Assembly (NCBI GenBank): GCA_964422765.1
Contig: CAYRCI010000001.1
Location: forward strand, 35,026 to 99,025
Reading direction: 5' to 3'
DNA from: an uncultured Alphaproteobacteria bacterium
Lineage (GTDB): Bacteria; Pseudomonadota; Alphaproteobacteria; HIMB59
Length of the DNA stretch: 64,000 nucleotides
Shown piece by piece: positions 19,405 through 29,167 of this stretch. The first letter of the stretch is position 1. The number at the start of each line of letters is the position of its first letter. A program made the position numbers and the translations under genes. The notes under the pieces are model-generated. The model worked only from the letters and a program-made list of their open reading frames with translations. It did no database searches and was not told the origin of the DNA.

Positions 19405-20347
19405 AAACCTAGCAATAGAATTAGTTCGAGTTTCTGAGTACGCTGCCCTAGCTGCATCACGCCATATTGGACGAGGTGATGAAAAAGCGGCAGACCAGGC
19501 AGCTGTGGATGCAATGAGAAATTGTCTAAACTCTCTAACCATTTCAGGCACGGTTGTGATTGGTGAAGGAGAAAGAGACGAAGCTCCTATGCTTTTTATT
19601 GGAGAAAAAGTTGGCCAAGGTGGTCCCAAGGTGGATATTGCCTTAGATCCGCTAGAGGGAACGGGAATTACGGCAAAGGGGGGAGAAAATGCGATGGCAG
19701 TGATTGCACTAGCTCAAGAGGGTGGCTTTCTAAATGCACCGGATGTTTACATGCAAAAAATATCTGCGAATGTTCCTCAAGGCATAATTTCTTTAAATCA
19801 GGATCTTAAATTTAATATTAAGGAATTAGCCATTTATAAAAAAGTTAACATTGATGATTTGATGATTTGTATTTTAGATCGAGAAAGACATCAGCAGGAT
19901 ATAGATATAATTCGATCAACTGGTGCAAGAATAAAAATGATTGGCGATGGAGATGTCAGTGCAGTTATTTCCTCTGTTATAAATTCAGATAGTATTGATA
20001 TGTATTATGGTATTGGCGGTGCCCCAGAGGGGGTATTAGCAGCGGGGGCCCTGCAATGCATTGGAGGATTTTTACAAGGTCAATTAAAATTTAATAAAGA
20101 AGACGAAATCAATCGTGCTAAAAAAATAGGAATTACTGATTTAGATAAAATTTATGAGTTAAACGATTTAGCCCATGGGGATATTATGTTTTCTGCAACA
20201 GGTGTTACTGATGGAACAATGCTTCGAGGTATCAAGATCAATAAAAATAGAGCTGAGACGCACTCTATAGTGATGCGATCAAAAACAGGAACTGTTAGGC
20301 ATATTACAGGTGAACATAATTTCGATATAAAAAATTTTGAATACTAG
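19397..20347 (+). CDS. glpX: Fructose-1,6-bisphosphatase class II (GlpX)
   Basis: LAIELVRVSEYAALAASRHIGRGDEKAADQAAVDAMR and IALDPLEGT and GIGGAPEGVLAA are diagnostic GlpX motifs. TTG start. Confidence 0.93.
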   Translation: MDRNLAIELVRVSEYAALAASRHIGRGDEKAADQAAVDAMRNCLNSLTISGTVVIGEGERDEAPMLFIGEKVGQGGPKVDIALDPLEGTGITAKGGENAMAVIALAQEGGFLNAPDVYMQKISANVPQGIISLNQDLKFNIKELAIYKKVNIDDLMICILDRERHQQDIDIIRSTGARIKMIGDGDVSAVISSVINSDSIDMYYGIGGAPEGVLAAGALQCIGGFLQGQLKFNKEDEINRAKKIGITDLDKIYELNDLAHGDIMFSATGVTDGTMLRGIKINKNRAETHSIVMRSKTGTVRHITGEHNFDIKNFEY

Positions 20348-22025
20348 TCAGAGTTATTTAGGTGCTAATTGGATATCTATTCATGCCGAGAACAACGATG
20401 ATCGAATATTTGAATTAGCTCAAAAAAATAATATATCCCTCAATTTAGCTCGACTACTATCAAATAGAAAAATAAAAAAAATATCAAATTTTATAAATTC
20501 AAAACTAAAAGATAATATATCCTTAACTGATATATCGCAATTATCTCAAATCGATGATGTCCTAGGATTTTTTGAAAACGTAAAAAAAGAAAAAAAAGTT
20601 TCAATTTTTTCTGATTATGATGTGGATGGCGCTTGCGCCGCTGCTATTTGTCAGAAGTTTTTAAAACAATATGATATAGATGTTAAAGTCTATATTCCCA
20701 ATAGGCTAAATGAGGGCTATGGTTTGAACCAAAATGCCTGTGAGTCACTATTAGAACATAGCAGTAATATTATTGTCCTAGACTGTGGTAGTAATAACTA
20801 TAAAGAGCAGGAATTAATTGCTAATCGCAAAGGCAAACTTCTCATAATTGATCACCATGAATGCGAAAATTTTTATCATGACATTATACTGATCAACCCA
20901 AAAACACCTATCGACAAATCATCTTTAAATGATTTATGTGCGACCGCCTTGACTTTTTTAGTTTTATTTTATGTTGTACAAAAAGAAGTCTTTGAAAAAA
21001 AGGATATTCTCCAATACTTAGACCTTGTAGCCATGGCAACCATTTGTGATTTAGTTCCCCTTACAAGTTTAAATAGAACATTTGTCAAACAGGGATTAAA
21101 GCTAATAAATTCTGAAAACCCTAACAAGGGTATTCAAACTTTAATCAATCAATCCAAAATAAAGCAAAAAATCACTGAATATCATTTGGGTTATATTTTA
21201 GGTCCACGCATAAATGCAGGGGGTAGAATGGGAGAGTCCTTATTAGGTTTTCATTTACTCTCTTCGGAGAATATCCATCAAGCACTGCAGTATGCTCAAA
21301 TTATTGAGTCACATAATCAAAATAGACAAAAACTACAAACCAGTATTGTTCAATCCATCGATATTAATGAATCCAATGAGGCCAATATTAACTTTTTTTA
21401 TGATGCTACTTGGCATATTGGTATAGTAGGAATAATCGCAGGACGATTAATGAGAATTAATCAAAAACCAACATTCGTAATGACTTTCAACAATGATGTA
21501 ATAGTGGGTTCGGGAAGGTCGATGGGGGAAAAGAATATTGGTCTTTTGATGATGAATGCTGTAGAGAAAGGCATTTTAATTAAAGGTGGAGGACACCATA
21601 AAGCATGCGGCTTTACCCTTAAGCAAGAAAATTTAAATCAATTTAAAGAGTATCTTCTCTCAGAGACCTTCGATTTAGTAATTGAAAACAATAAATATTA
21701 TGAGTCTGTTCTAGATATTAATGTCATAAATGATCATCTGTTAAATGATTTAGATGTTTTAAGTCCTTATGGTCAACTCAATCCAGAACCTGTTTTTAAA
21801 TTAGAGAAAGTCAAAATTAACATTTTACAAATCTTTAAAGAAAAACATGCTAAATTGAAATTTTCAGATAATTTAGACTTTTCCTGTGAAGGGATGTTCT
21901 TTGATATTAATGCTCAAGAATTAAAAAGCTATTTATCTTCAAAAGTTGATTTTGACTGCTATTTTAAAGTAAAAAAGGATACCTACAGTAGCAATACAAT
22001 CATTCATCTTGAAGATATTCATTGA
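20337..22025 (+). CDS. recJ: Single-stranded-DNA-specific exonuclease RecJ
   Basis: DHH-family motifs (SDYDVDGACAAA, DCGSNN, IIDHHE), the DHHA1 region (GGGHHKACGF) and the hom-glpX-recJ synteny. TTG start. Confidence 0.9.
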   Translation: MNTSQSYLGANWISIHAENNDDRIFELAQKNNISLNLARLLSNRKIKKISNFINSKLKDNISLTDISQLSQIDDVLGFFENVKKEKKVSIFSDYDVDGACAAAICQKFLKQYDIDVKVYIPNRLNEGYGLNQNACESLLEHSSNIIVLDCGSNNYKEQELIANRKGKLLIIDHHECENFYHDIILINPKTPIDKSSLNDLCATALTFLVLFYVVQKEVFEKKDILQYLDLVAMATICDLVPLTSLNRTFVKQGLKLINSENPNKGIQTLINQSKIKQKITEYHLGYILGPRINAGGRMGESLLGFHLLSSENIHQALQYAQIIESHNQNRQKLQTSIVQSIDINESNEANINFFYDATWHIGIVGIIAGRLMRINQKPTFVMTFNNDVIVGSGRSMGEKNIGLLMMNAVEKGILIKGGGHHKACGFTLKQENLNQFKEYLLSETFDLVIENNKYYESVLDINVINDHLLNDLDVLSPYGQLNPEPVFKLEKVKINILQIFKEKHAKLKFSDNLDFSCEGMFFDINAQELKSYLSSKVDFDCYFKVKKDTYSSNTIIHLEDIH

Positions 22026-22073
22026 TTGATTTTTTAGAGAATATAGCTATTTTGTTCCTCTAATTAGACCGAT

Positions 22074-22148
22074 GTCTCCTTCGTCTAGCGGTTAGGACAT
22101 CACCCTTTCACGGTGAAGACACGGGTTCGATTCCCGTAGGAGATGCCA
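22074..22148 (+). tRNA. tRNA-Glu (anticodon TTC), CCA encoded
   Basis: Acceptor GTCTCCT/AGGAGAT; anticodon stem TCACC/GGTGA with loop CTTTCAC; T-arm ACGGGTTCGATTCCCGT; 3' GCCA. Confidence 0.9.
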
Positions 22149-22164
22149 AACAAGGTTGAGTTAT

Positions 22165-22183
22165 TATTTCACATTGTGAAATA
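22165..22183. promoter_or_regulatory. 19-bp perfect palindrome TATTTCACA-T-TGTGAAATA (candidate operator)
   Basis: Perfect inverted repeat lying 17 nt after tRNA-Glu and about 67 nt upstream of the aminotransferase ATG at 22250. Its function is inferred only from position and symmetry. Confidence 0.3.
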
Positions 22184-22249
22184 CACTTTAAACATTTACC
22201 TTTAATTTATTATTCTTGAACATTAATCTATAGAAAGGATTTATTTATA

Positions 22250-23410
22250 ATGCCAGGTAAAATTTCACTTTTCGTCCCCGGACCTACTAACATGCCAGAT
22301 CGAGTAAGGCAGGCAATGGATATTTCCAACGAGGACCACAGAGCTCCTGGATTAGATAAATTTTGGCATCCTCTAGTGGATGATTTAAAAAAAGTTTTTG
22401 AAACAAAAAATGGACAACCCTTTATTTTCCCTGGAACTGGGACAAGTGGTTGGGAAGCAGCTTTAACAAACTTATTGAATAAAGGTGATAAAGTTTTATC
22501 AGCCCGTTTTGGACAATTTTCACACCTCTGGATTGAGATGTGTAAAAAACTTCATATCGATGTAGAAGTTGTAGATGCAGAGTGGGGAGAAGGTACTCCA
22601 AATAATGAATTTGAAAAAATCTTATCAGCCGATAGTAAGCATCAAATCAAGGCTGTATTAGTTACACATAATGAAACTTCCACTGGTGTTACAAATGATG
22701 TTCAAGCTACTCGTGATTTATTAAATAAATTAAATCATCCTGCATTACTCTTTGTTGATGGAGTAAGTTCAATTGGTTCCATTAAATTTGAAATGGATCA
22801 TTGGGGTGTAGATGTAGCAGTATCAGGTTCTCAAAAAGGATTTATGTTACCAGCGGGCTTGGCAATTAGCTGTGTAAGTGAAAAAGCATTAGAAATAGCA
22901 AAATCTTCAAATCTTCCTAGAGCTTACTTTGATTATTTAGATATGCTCAAAATGAACAATACTGGCTATTGGCCCTACACTAATCCTATGCCACTACTTC
23001 GGGGATTAAGAGAGTCCTTAAACATGATGTTAGAGGAGGGATTAAATAATGTTTATGCAAGACACCATTTTTTAGCAGGCGCAGTACAGAAAGCTGCTCA
23101 TGCATGGGGTTTAAATCTTTGCGCCAAAGATCCATCTTTATATTCTAACACTGTGACGGCGATCATGGTACCAGAGGGGATAGACTCAACAAACATCGTT
23201 AAAGTTGCTTACAGCAAATACAACACCTCTTTTGGAGGGGGTCTAAATAAAGTAGCAGGAAAGCTTTTTAGAATTGGCCATTTAGGGGATTTAAATTCTA
23301 CAATGATTTTAGGGGCAATCTCAACTGCTGAATTATCAATGTACGATGTAGGAATTAAATTTGAATTGGGAAGTGGCGTTGCAGCTGCTATAAAACACTT
23401 AAAGGTATAA
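22250..23410 (+). CDS. Class V aminotransferase, serine--glyoxylate / alanine--glyoxylate / serine--pyruvate aminotransferase type
   Basis: About 386 aa with an AGXT-family pattern: PGPTNMPDRV, THNETSTGV, and the PLP lysine in SGSQKGFMLPAGL. Confidence 0.85.
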   Translation: MPGKISLFVPGPTNMPDRVRQAMDISNEDHRAPGLDKFWHPLVDDLKKVFETKNGQPFIFPGTGTSGWEAALTNLLNKGDKVLSARFGQFSHLWIEMCKKLHIDVEVVDAEWGEGTPNNEFEKILSADSKHQIKAVLVTHNETSTGVTNDVQATRDLLNKLNHPALLFVDGVSSIGSIKFEMDHWGVDVAVSGSQKGFMLPAGLAISCVSEKALEIAKSSNLPRAYFDYLDMLKMNNTGYWPYTNPMPLLRGLRESLNMMLEEGLNNVYARHHFLAGAVQKAAHAWGLNLCAKDPSLYSNTVTAIMVPEGIDSTNIVKVAYSKYNTSFGGGLNKVAGKLFRIGHLGDLNSTMILGAISTAELSMYDVGIKFELGSGVAAAIKHLKV

Positions 23411-23412
23411 AT

Positions 23413-24390
23413 ATGAAAATTTGCATTTATGGAGCAGGGGCAATTGGTGGATATCTTGGAGCTAAACTTGCTGAAATTGGTGCAGATGTCACCTTGATCG
23501 CTAGAGGCCCTCACTACAATGCTATTAAAACTGATGGGTTGCGTTTAAGAAAAGATGGTAAAGAACTAGTTGTTTATCCTAAATGCGTAGATACTGCTGA
23601 AAAAGCAGGCAAACAAGATTTTATTTTTGTAACTTTAAAAGCTCACTCTGTTCCAGGCTGCTTAGATGCATTTGAGGTTTTAATGAAAGATGATACTTCC
23701 TTTGTTTGGGGAGTGAACGGCATACCTTGGTGGTATTTTTATAACCACGAGAATCCGGATTTTAAAAATAAAAGAGTTAATTCTGTTGACCCAGATAATA
23801 GCCAATGGGATAGAATTGGTCCTGAAAAAATTATCGGATGCATCGTTAATCCAGCCTCTGAAGTAATTAAACCCGGCGTTATCCAACACCTCGAAGGAGA
23901 TAAATTTCAGCTGGGTGAAATTAACGGTGAAGACACCGATAGAACTAAAAATTTATCTGAGATTTTAGAAAAAGCGGGTTTTCAAGCTCCTATTCGCCCT
24001 AATATTAAAGGAGATATTTGGTTAAAACTTTTTGGAAACTTATCCTTTAACCCTATTAGTGCTTTAACCACATCTACTCTCGTTAAGATTTGTAGTGATA
24101 CTGAAGTAAGAAATGTTGTAAGAAATATGATGAACGAAGCTCACGCAATCGCTCAAAGTTTAGGAATTGATAAACCTTTTGATGTGGAAAGAAGAATTGA
24201 TGCCGCTAAAGCAGTGGGAGAGCACAAAACATCTATGTTACAAGATTTAGAAAGAGATCGTCCGATGGAAATTGATGCGTTAGTCGCTTCAGTGCAGGAA
24301 CTAGGAAAAATTTCTAAAGTCCCTACACCGACCATTGACACTGTGCTTGCTCTTACTAAACTTCGTGCAAGAGAGGCACAGCTTTATTAA
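23413..24390 (+). CDS. 2-dehydropantoate 2-reductase family (ApbA/PanE) oxidoreductase
   Basis: N-terminal Rossmann MKICIYGAGAIGGYLGAKLA and the C-terminal ApbA_C pattern (HKTSMLQDLERDRPMEIDAL). The physiological substrate is not deducible from sequence. Confidence 0.75.
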   Translation: MKICIYGAGAIGGYLGAKLAEIGADVTLIARGPHYNAIKTDGLRLRKDGKELVVYPKCVDTAEKAGKQDFIFVTLKAHSVPGCLDAFEVLMKDDTSFVWGVNGIPWWYFYNHENPDFKNKRVNSVDPDNSQWDRIGPEKIIGCIVNPASEVIKPGVIQHLEGDKFQLGEINGEDTDRTKNLSEILEKAGFQAPIRPNIKGDIWLKLFGNLSFNPISALTTSTLVKICSDTEVRNVVRNMMNEAHAIAQSLGIDKPFDVERRIDAAKAVGEHKTSMLQDLERDRPMEIDALVASVQELGKISKVPTPTIDTVLALTKLRAREAQLY

Positions 24391-24392
24391 TT

Positions 24393-25265
24393 TTAGTTTA
24401 AGGCCTTTTTAATAGTTTCACCTAATTTTGCTGGTGACTTGGAGATATGAACGCCTGCATCTTCTAAAGCATTAAACTTAGACTCCGCAGTACCCTTTCC
24501 TCCAGAAATAATAGCTCCTGCATGACCCATTCTTTTACCCGCAGGTGCGCTTGCTCCTGCAATAAAAGAGGCAACCGGTTTTTTAATAGAAGAATTCTTG
24601 ATAAATTCAGCTGCTTCTTCCTCCGCTGTACCACCGATTTCTCCAATCATAATAATACCTTCTGTTTCCGGATCTTTTAAAAACAAGTCTAGACAGTCGA
24701 TAAAATTAGTACCATTGATAGGATCACCGCCAATACCAATACAAGTGGTTTGACCTAACCCCACTGCTGACGTTTGAGCAACTGCTTCATATGTCAATGT
24801 ACCGGAACGACTAACAACGCCAATTTTACCTTTTTGATGAATATGACCTGGCATAATACCAATTTTACATTCACCTGGAGTGATAATACCGGGGCAGTTC
24901 GGTCCAATGAGTCGAGATTTAGATCCTACTAACTTTTTCTTTACTTGAAGCATGTCTAAAACTGGCACACCTTCAGTAATACAAACGATCAATTCCATTT
25001 CAGCTTCGATTGCCTCTAAAATAGCTCCTGCTGCAAATGGAGGCGGAACATAGATCACGGTTGCATTTGCTTGTGTATTTTCTTTAGCATCCTTTACAGT
25101 GTTAAAGACAGGTAAACCTAAATGCTCTTGGCCGCCTTTTTTAGGGGTAACACCACCAACCATTTGTGTTCCATATTTAATAGCTTGTTCAGAGTGGAAT
25201 GTTCCTTGCGCACCAGTGAAACCCTGACAAATTACTTTAGTTTTTTTATTAATTAATACTGACAT
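24393..25265 (-). CDS. sucD: Succinyl-CoA synthetase alpha subunit
   Basis: [33 protein letters not shown] and the phosphohistidine loop MGHAGAII. Confidence 0.97.
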   Translation of the reverse strand: MSVLINKKTKVICQGFTGAQGTFHSEQAIKYGTQMVGGVTPKKGGQEHLGLPVFNTVKDAKENTQANATVIYVPPPFAAGAILEAIEAEMELIVCITEGVPVLDMLQVKKKLVGSKSRLIGPNCPGIITPGECKIGIMPGHIHQKGKIGVVSRSGTLTYEAVAQTSAVGLGQTTCIGIGGDPINGTNFIDCLDLFLKDPETEGIIMIGEIGGTAEEEAAEFIKNSSIKKPVASFIAGASAPAGKRMGHAGAIISGGKGTAESKFNALEDAGVHISKSPAKLGETIKKALN

Positions 25266-25275
25266 GAGTTTCTCC

Positions 25276-26463
25276 TTATTTTAAAGCCCCGACAGCTTTT
25301 TGAGCTGCGTCTTCTAAATTATCTGCAGAGATAATAGCAAGACCTGATTTGTTTAAGATTTCTTTTCCAAGTTCAACATTGGTTCCCTCTAATCGAACAA
25401 TCAAAGGAACCTGAATGGAAAGTTCTTTTGCTGCAGCAACAACACCTTCAGCGATGATATCACATTTCATAATACCGCCAAAAATGTTTACTAAGATTGC
25501 CTTCACATTTGGATCTTGAAGAATAATGGAGAAGGCTTTCGCTACTCTTTCTTTTGTAGCACCGCCTCCTACATCTAAAAAGTTTGCAGGACTGCCGCCG
25601 TGCAACTTAATGATGTCCATAGTTCCCATTGCAAGACCAGCACCGTTCACCATACATCCAATGCTTCCATCTAATTTCACATAATTTAATTCATGTTTGG
25701 AAGCTTCAATCTCAGCTGGATCTTCCTCAGTTTCATCTCTCATTTCAGCAATCTCTTTGTGTTTGTAAAGAGCATTATCATCGATGGAGATTTTTGCATC
25801 CAGCGCTAAGAAATTTCCCTCACCAGTTAAAACAAATGGATTTACCTCCACTAATGATGCATCAGAAGATAAAAAACTTGTATAAATTTTTTGGATTTGA
25901 TCCGCAAAGTCAGCAGCTTGATTACTTGGGATTTTAAGACCTTCAACTAATTTTGATAAACTAGCTTGATTGATAACGGGATCGCCTGAAACGCTTACAG
26001 TAATAATTTTTTCAGGTTCTCTTTCTGCTACTTCTTCAATTTCCATTCCACCTTCTGTAGATGCAATAATTGAAATTGAAGATGTGGCTCGGTCCACAAG
26101 CATGCTTAAGTAGTATTCTTTTTTGATATCACAACCTTCTTCGATATACAGACGGTTGACTACTTTTCCAACAGGTCCAGTTTGCTTTGTAACTAGAGTT
26201 TTACCTAGCATTTTACGAGCATTATCTCTAGCTTCATCTTTCGAGAAACAAACGCGAACACCGCCTTTATCATCTCCGCTATCTTTGAATTTCCCAGCAC
26301 CTCTGCCACCTGCGTGAATTTGAGATTTTACAACCATCACGGGGGTTGTGATAGAATCAACGGCACTATCAATTTCATTGTCGTTTAAGACTGGCACTCC
26401 AGCTAAAACTCTTACATCGTTTTTTTTTAGCAAGGTTTTTGCCTGATATTCATGTAAGTTCAT
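25276..26463 (-). CDS. sucC: Succinyl-CoA synthetase beta subunit
   Basis: [12 protein letters not shown], the ATP-grasp domain, [14 protein letters not shown] and [10 protein letters not shown]. Confidence 0.97.
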   Translation of the reverse strand: MNLHEYQAKTLLKKNDVRVLAGVPVLNDNEIDSAVDSITTPVMVVKSQIHAGGRGAGKFKDSGDDKGGVRVCFSKDEARDNARKMLGKTLVTKQTGPVGKVVNRLYIEEGCDIKKEYYLSMLVDRATSSISIIASTEGGMEIEEVAEREPEKIITVSVSGDPVINQASLSKLVEGLKIPSNQAADFADQIQKIYTSFLSSDASLVEVNPFVLTGEGNFLALDAKISIDDNALYKHKEIAEMRDETEEDPAEIEASKHELNYVKLDGSIGCMVNGAGLAMGTMDIIKLHGGSPANFLDVGGGATKERVAKAFSIILQDPNVKAILVNIFGGIMKCDIIAEGVVAAAKELSIQVPLIVRLEGTNVELGKEILNKSGLAIISADNLEDAAQKAVGALK

Positions 26464-27434
26464 TGTTGTCCTCCTTTGACTTCCAATAAAATTTTTCCAA
26501 TATGTTCTGATTTTTCCATCATCGCGTGTGCTGCAGTGACGTCTTCCAGTTTAAACGTTTGGAATATAGTTGGTTTATATTTACCCTGTTCAATCAAAGG
26601 CCATATTTCTTTTACGACTTGATCGACAATTCTGCCTTTTTCCTCGGGTGATCTTGATCTAAGTGTAGATCCAGAAACTTTTAATTGTTTATTCATTACA
26701 TGAAGAAGATTTACTTCACCTTTAATACCTCCTAGTGCAGCTATATAAGTAAGCCTTCCAAATTTGTTAAGGATTTTTAAATTCTTTTTAACATAATCAC
26801 CCCCAACCATATCTAGGATAATGTCCACTTTTATTTTTTTTTCTTCAAAATATTGTTCAAAGTCAACTTCTTTGTAGTTGAGGGCAACCTTAGCTCCTAA
26901 ATCCATGCAGCGCTGACACTTATCTGCACTTCCTGCAGTTACATATATATTGGGAGTATAATTTTTGAGAATTGAAATGGCGGTTGTCCCTATGCCGCTA
27001 CTTCCACCATGGATAAGAACTGTTTCGTTTTTTTGAAAATTTGAAATATTAAAAATATTTTCATACACTGTTAAAATAGTTTCTGGTAGGGCTCCTGCTT
27101 CAGCTAAACTCACACCTGTGGGTACAGACATGACTTGCCGTACATCGACATTTACAAATTCTGCATAACCACCCCCACCAAGAATGGCACAGACCTGATC
27201 TCCTTCTTTGAATTTTTTAACATTACCCCCAATTTTCCTGACAATACCAGCACACTCTAGACCTATTATATCACTTTCACCAGGAGGGGCAGGGTAGTGG
27301 CCTTTTTTTTGTAAAATATCTGCTCTGTTAACGCTTGTAGATGTAATTTCAATTTGTAGTTGATTCGAGTTAGGGTCTTCGATATCTCGCTGATCGAGAT
27401 ATAGCTTTCCATCATTGCAATTTATGAATTTCAA
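26460..27434 (-). CDS. NAD(P)H:quinone oxidoreductase, zinc-independent MDR family (PIG3/Qor-like)
   Basis: [19 protein letters not shown] and [12 protein letters not shown] motifs. ATGA-type overlap with sucC. TTG start. Confidence 0.85.
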   Translation of the reverse strand: MKFINCNDGKLYLDQRDIEDPNSNQLQIEITSTSVNRADILQKKGHYPAPPGESDIIGLECAGIVRKIGGNVKKFKEGDQVCAILGGGGYAEFVNVDVRQVMSVPTGVSLAEAGALPETILTVYENIFNISNFQKNETVLIHGGSSGIGTTAISILKNYTPNIYVTAGSADKCQRCMDLGAKVALNYKEVDFEQYFEEKKIKVDIILDMVGGDYVKKNLKILNKFGRLTYIAALGGIKGEVNLLHVMNKQLKVSGSTLRSRSPEEKGRIVDQVVKEIWPLIEQGKYKPTIFQTFKLEDVTAAHAMMEKSEHIGKILLEVKGGQQ

Positions 27435-27450
27435 TTTCTAACCTTGTATA

Positions 27451-27467
27451 TTGTATACATTATACCA
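27451..27467. promoter_or_regulatory. Candidate GntR operator TTGTATACATTATACCA (16/17 match to the site at 31409)
   Basis: Near-palindrome in the 188-nt divergent region between the qor-sucCD unit and tctC. It is preceded by an extra half-site (CTTGTATA). It is identical, except at position 2, to the perfect palindrome upstream of the decarboxylase gene. Confidence 0.45.
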
Positions 27468-27622
27468 AGTAACAAGACAATAAGATTAGAATTAGCCTTG
27501 AAAAATATGATAAAATTTTAAATTTCAACAAAAAAAATTTATTTTTTTTATAATTTCTCTTTTGAAAAAAATATAAATAGGTTAATCTAAAAACATATTC
27601 AAACTATAGGAGGAATATTACT

Positions 27623-28600
27623 ATGACTTTAATTAAAAAAATCGCGTTAGTCATTGTTTCTCTATCCTTAGTAGCTGTTAGCTCCATTTCTTCGGCAAAG
27701 CCTTTTGAGCCAAAGAAGCCTATTGAGCTTATTATTCCAGCTGGTCAAGGTGGAGGAGCTGACGAAATCGCAAGATTAGTTCAAGGTGTTATCGAAAAGA
27801 ATGATTATGCATCTAAGCCTGTGATTCCAATCAACAAAGCTGGTGGTTCAGGTGGTGAGGCAATGACATACGTTAAGAAAAAAGCTGGTGATGAGCACAC
27901 ACTTATCATTACACTTAACAACGTTCTTACAACTCCTGTTAACCAGCCAGAATTAGGTATTGATTTCTTCAATGATTTCACACCATTGGCTAGACTTATT
28001 ACAGATACATTCCTAGTATGGATTGCTACAGAAGGTAAAAACACTGCTGGTGTAAATACTTTTGATGATTTTCTAGCATTAGCAAAACAGGGCAACCTTG
28101 TTGCTGGTGGTACAGGTAGCATGTCAGAAGACGAATTACTTATCGGTATGATGAGAGGTATGTTCGGTTTTGATGTGAAGTATGTTCCATACAGTGGCGG
28201 TGGAGCAGTTGCTAAAGGTTTAGTAGGCGGCGAGTCTGACTTTACTGTTAACAACCCTTCAGAGCAAATGGGCTTCTATCAATCAGGTGACTCTAAGGCA
28301 CTTGTGATGATGACTCCTGAAAGAAACTCAGCTTTCCCAGATGTTCCTTCTTCTTATGAATTAGGATATCCAGAACTCGAGTACTACATGATGAGAGCTT
28401 TTATGGCTCCTGCAGGTATCGATGCGGAAGTTGAAAAGTATTACACAGGACTTTTACACACTACTTACTGGGATGATGAATTTCAAACATTCAACATCGA
28501 TGATGGTAAGTTAATGAGTTGGTTAGAAGGTTATGGTCTTAAAGATTTCTTAGCAGTTGAATATGCTAAGCATGGTGAGATCATTAAAAATTTCAACTAA
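27623..28600 (+). CDS. tctC: Tripartite tricarboxylate transporter substrate-binding protein (TctC/Bug family)
   Basis: Signal peptide. About 325 aa. Bug-family pattern (KPIELIIPAGQGGGADEIARL...NKAGGSGGEA). Followed by TctB and TctA. Strong RBS (taggagg). Confidence 0.85.
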   Translation: MTLIKKIALVIVSLSLVAVSSISSAKPFEPKKPIELIIPAGQGGGADEIARLVQGVIEKNDYASKPVIPINKAGGSGGEAMTYVKKKAGDEHTLIITLNNVLTTPVNQPELGIDFFNDFTPLARLITDTFLVWIATEGKNTAGVNTFDDFLALAKQGNLVAGGTGSMSEDELLIGMMRGMFGFDVKYVPYSGGGAVAKGLVGGESDFTVNNPSEQMGFYQSGDSKALVMMTPERNSAFPDVPSSYELGYPELEYYMMRAFMAPAGIDAEVEKYYTGLLHTTYWDDEFQTFNIDDGKLMSWLEGYGLKDFLAVEYAKHGEIIKNFN

Positions 28601-28624
28601 TATACAATATTATAGGAGCGACTT

Positions 28625-29146
28625 ATGAGCATAACAAATAAACTAACAGTAAAAAGAGCAGAGATAATAGTTGCTGTTTTCTTAGCATTATGCTCAGCCG
28701 CTCTTATGTATAAAAGTGCCCAAAATAGAATTACTTGGAATACAGAAGATAACATGGGAGCAGGGTTTTTACCTTTCTACCTCTCCTTAGGGATGTTAAT
28801 TTGTACAGTATTAACAATTATTAAATTTATTTTAAAAAAATCTCCTCAATCTAAGGATGACAGTCCATTTATTGATGCAGAGGCTTTTAAATATGTATTT
28901 GTTACAGCTGGGTCTTTGATTGTATTAGTATTCGCTATTGGATTTTTAGGAATTTATTTTTCTTTAGTTTTCTTTTTGGCATTTTATCTACGATATTTTA
29001 GTGATAAGAGTAAATTATTCATTTCTATTTTCTCTATTATCACGCCAGTTTTGACTTTCTTGTTTTTTGAATGGCTTTTGAAAATTCCTTTACCGCAAGG
29101 TGTTTCAGAACCATTATTTTATCCAGTTTACGATTTTATGTATTAA
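28625..29146 (+). CDS. tctB: Tripartite tricarboxylate transporter small membrane subunit (TctB-like)
   Basis: A 173-aa four-TM protein located between tctC and tctA. The call is positional plus topology. Confidence 0.7.
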   Translation: MSITNKLTVKRAEIIVAVFLALCSAALMYKSAQNRITWNTEDNMGAGFLPFYLSLGMLICTVLTIIKFILKKSPQSKDDSPFIDAEAFKYVFVTAGSLIVLVFAIGFLGIYFSLVFFLAFYLRYFSDKSKLFISIFSIITPVLTFLFFEWLLKIPLPQGVSEPLFYPVYDFMY

Positions 29147-29167
29147 GGCTTAAGAGGAGATTTAACA

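Noticed and set aside
19231-19629. A 132-aa minus-strand ORF, together with the overlapping 119-aa ORF at 19155-19514.
   Set aside because: Both lie antisense to the strongly supported hom and glpX genes and have low-complexity Ser/Ala/Pro-rich translations. These are typical shadow ORFs.
11275-22148. tRNA-Pro and tRNA-Glu as possible integration sites for genomic islands (the ABC/FAH/MatB module and the aminotransferase module start right after them).
   Set aside because: No integrase, no direct repeat of the tRNA 3' ends downstream, and no mobility genes. The flanking genes are ordinary metabolic genes.
22149-22249. Possible glycine riboswitch or other structured leader ahead of the glyoxylate/serine aminotransferase.
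   Set aside because: No glycine-riboswitch core motifs or paired G/C stems are visible. The only notable element is the 19-bp palindrome, reported separately.
27805-28254. A 149-aa minus-strand ORF inside tctC. Similar antisense ORFs occur at 29377-29736, 29866-30276, 14158-14544, 7648-7920, 62533-62904 and elsewhere in the track.
   Set aside because: All are antisense to genes with clear family motifs, lack RBS or start context, and have compositionally biased translations. I treat them as frame shadows of the relatively GC-richer genes.
28601-28624. TATACAATATTATAGG between tctC and tctB, superficially similar to the GntR operator.
   Set aside because: It shares only the TATAC/ATTATA fragments, is not a palindrome of the same half-sites, and sits inside an operon spacer that mainly holds the tctB RBS.
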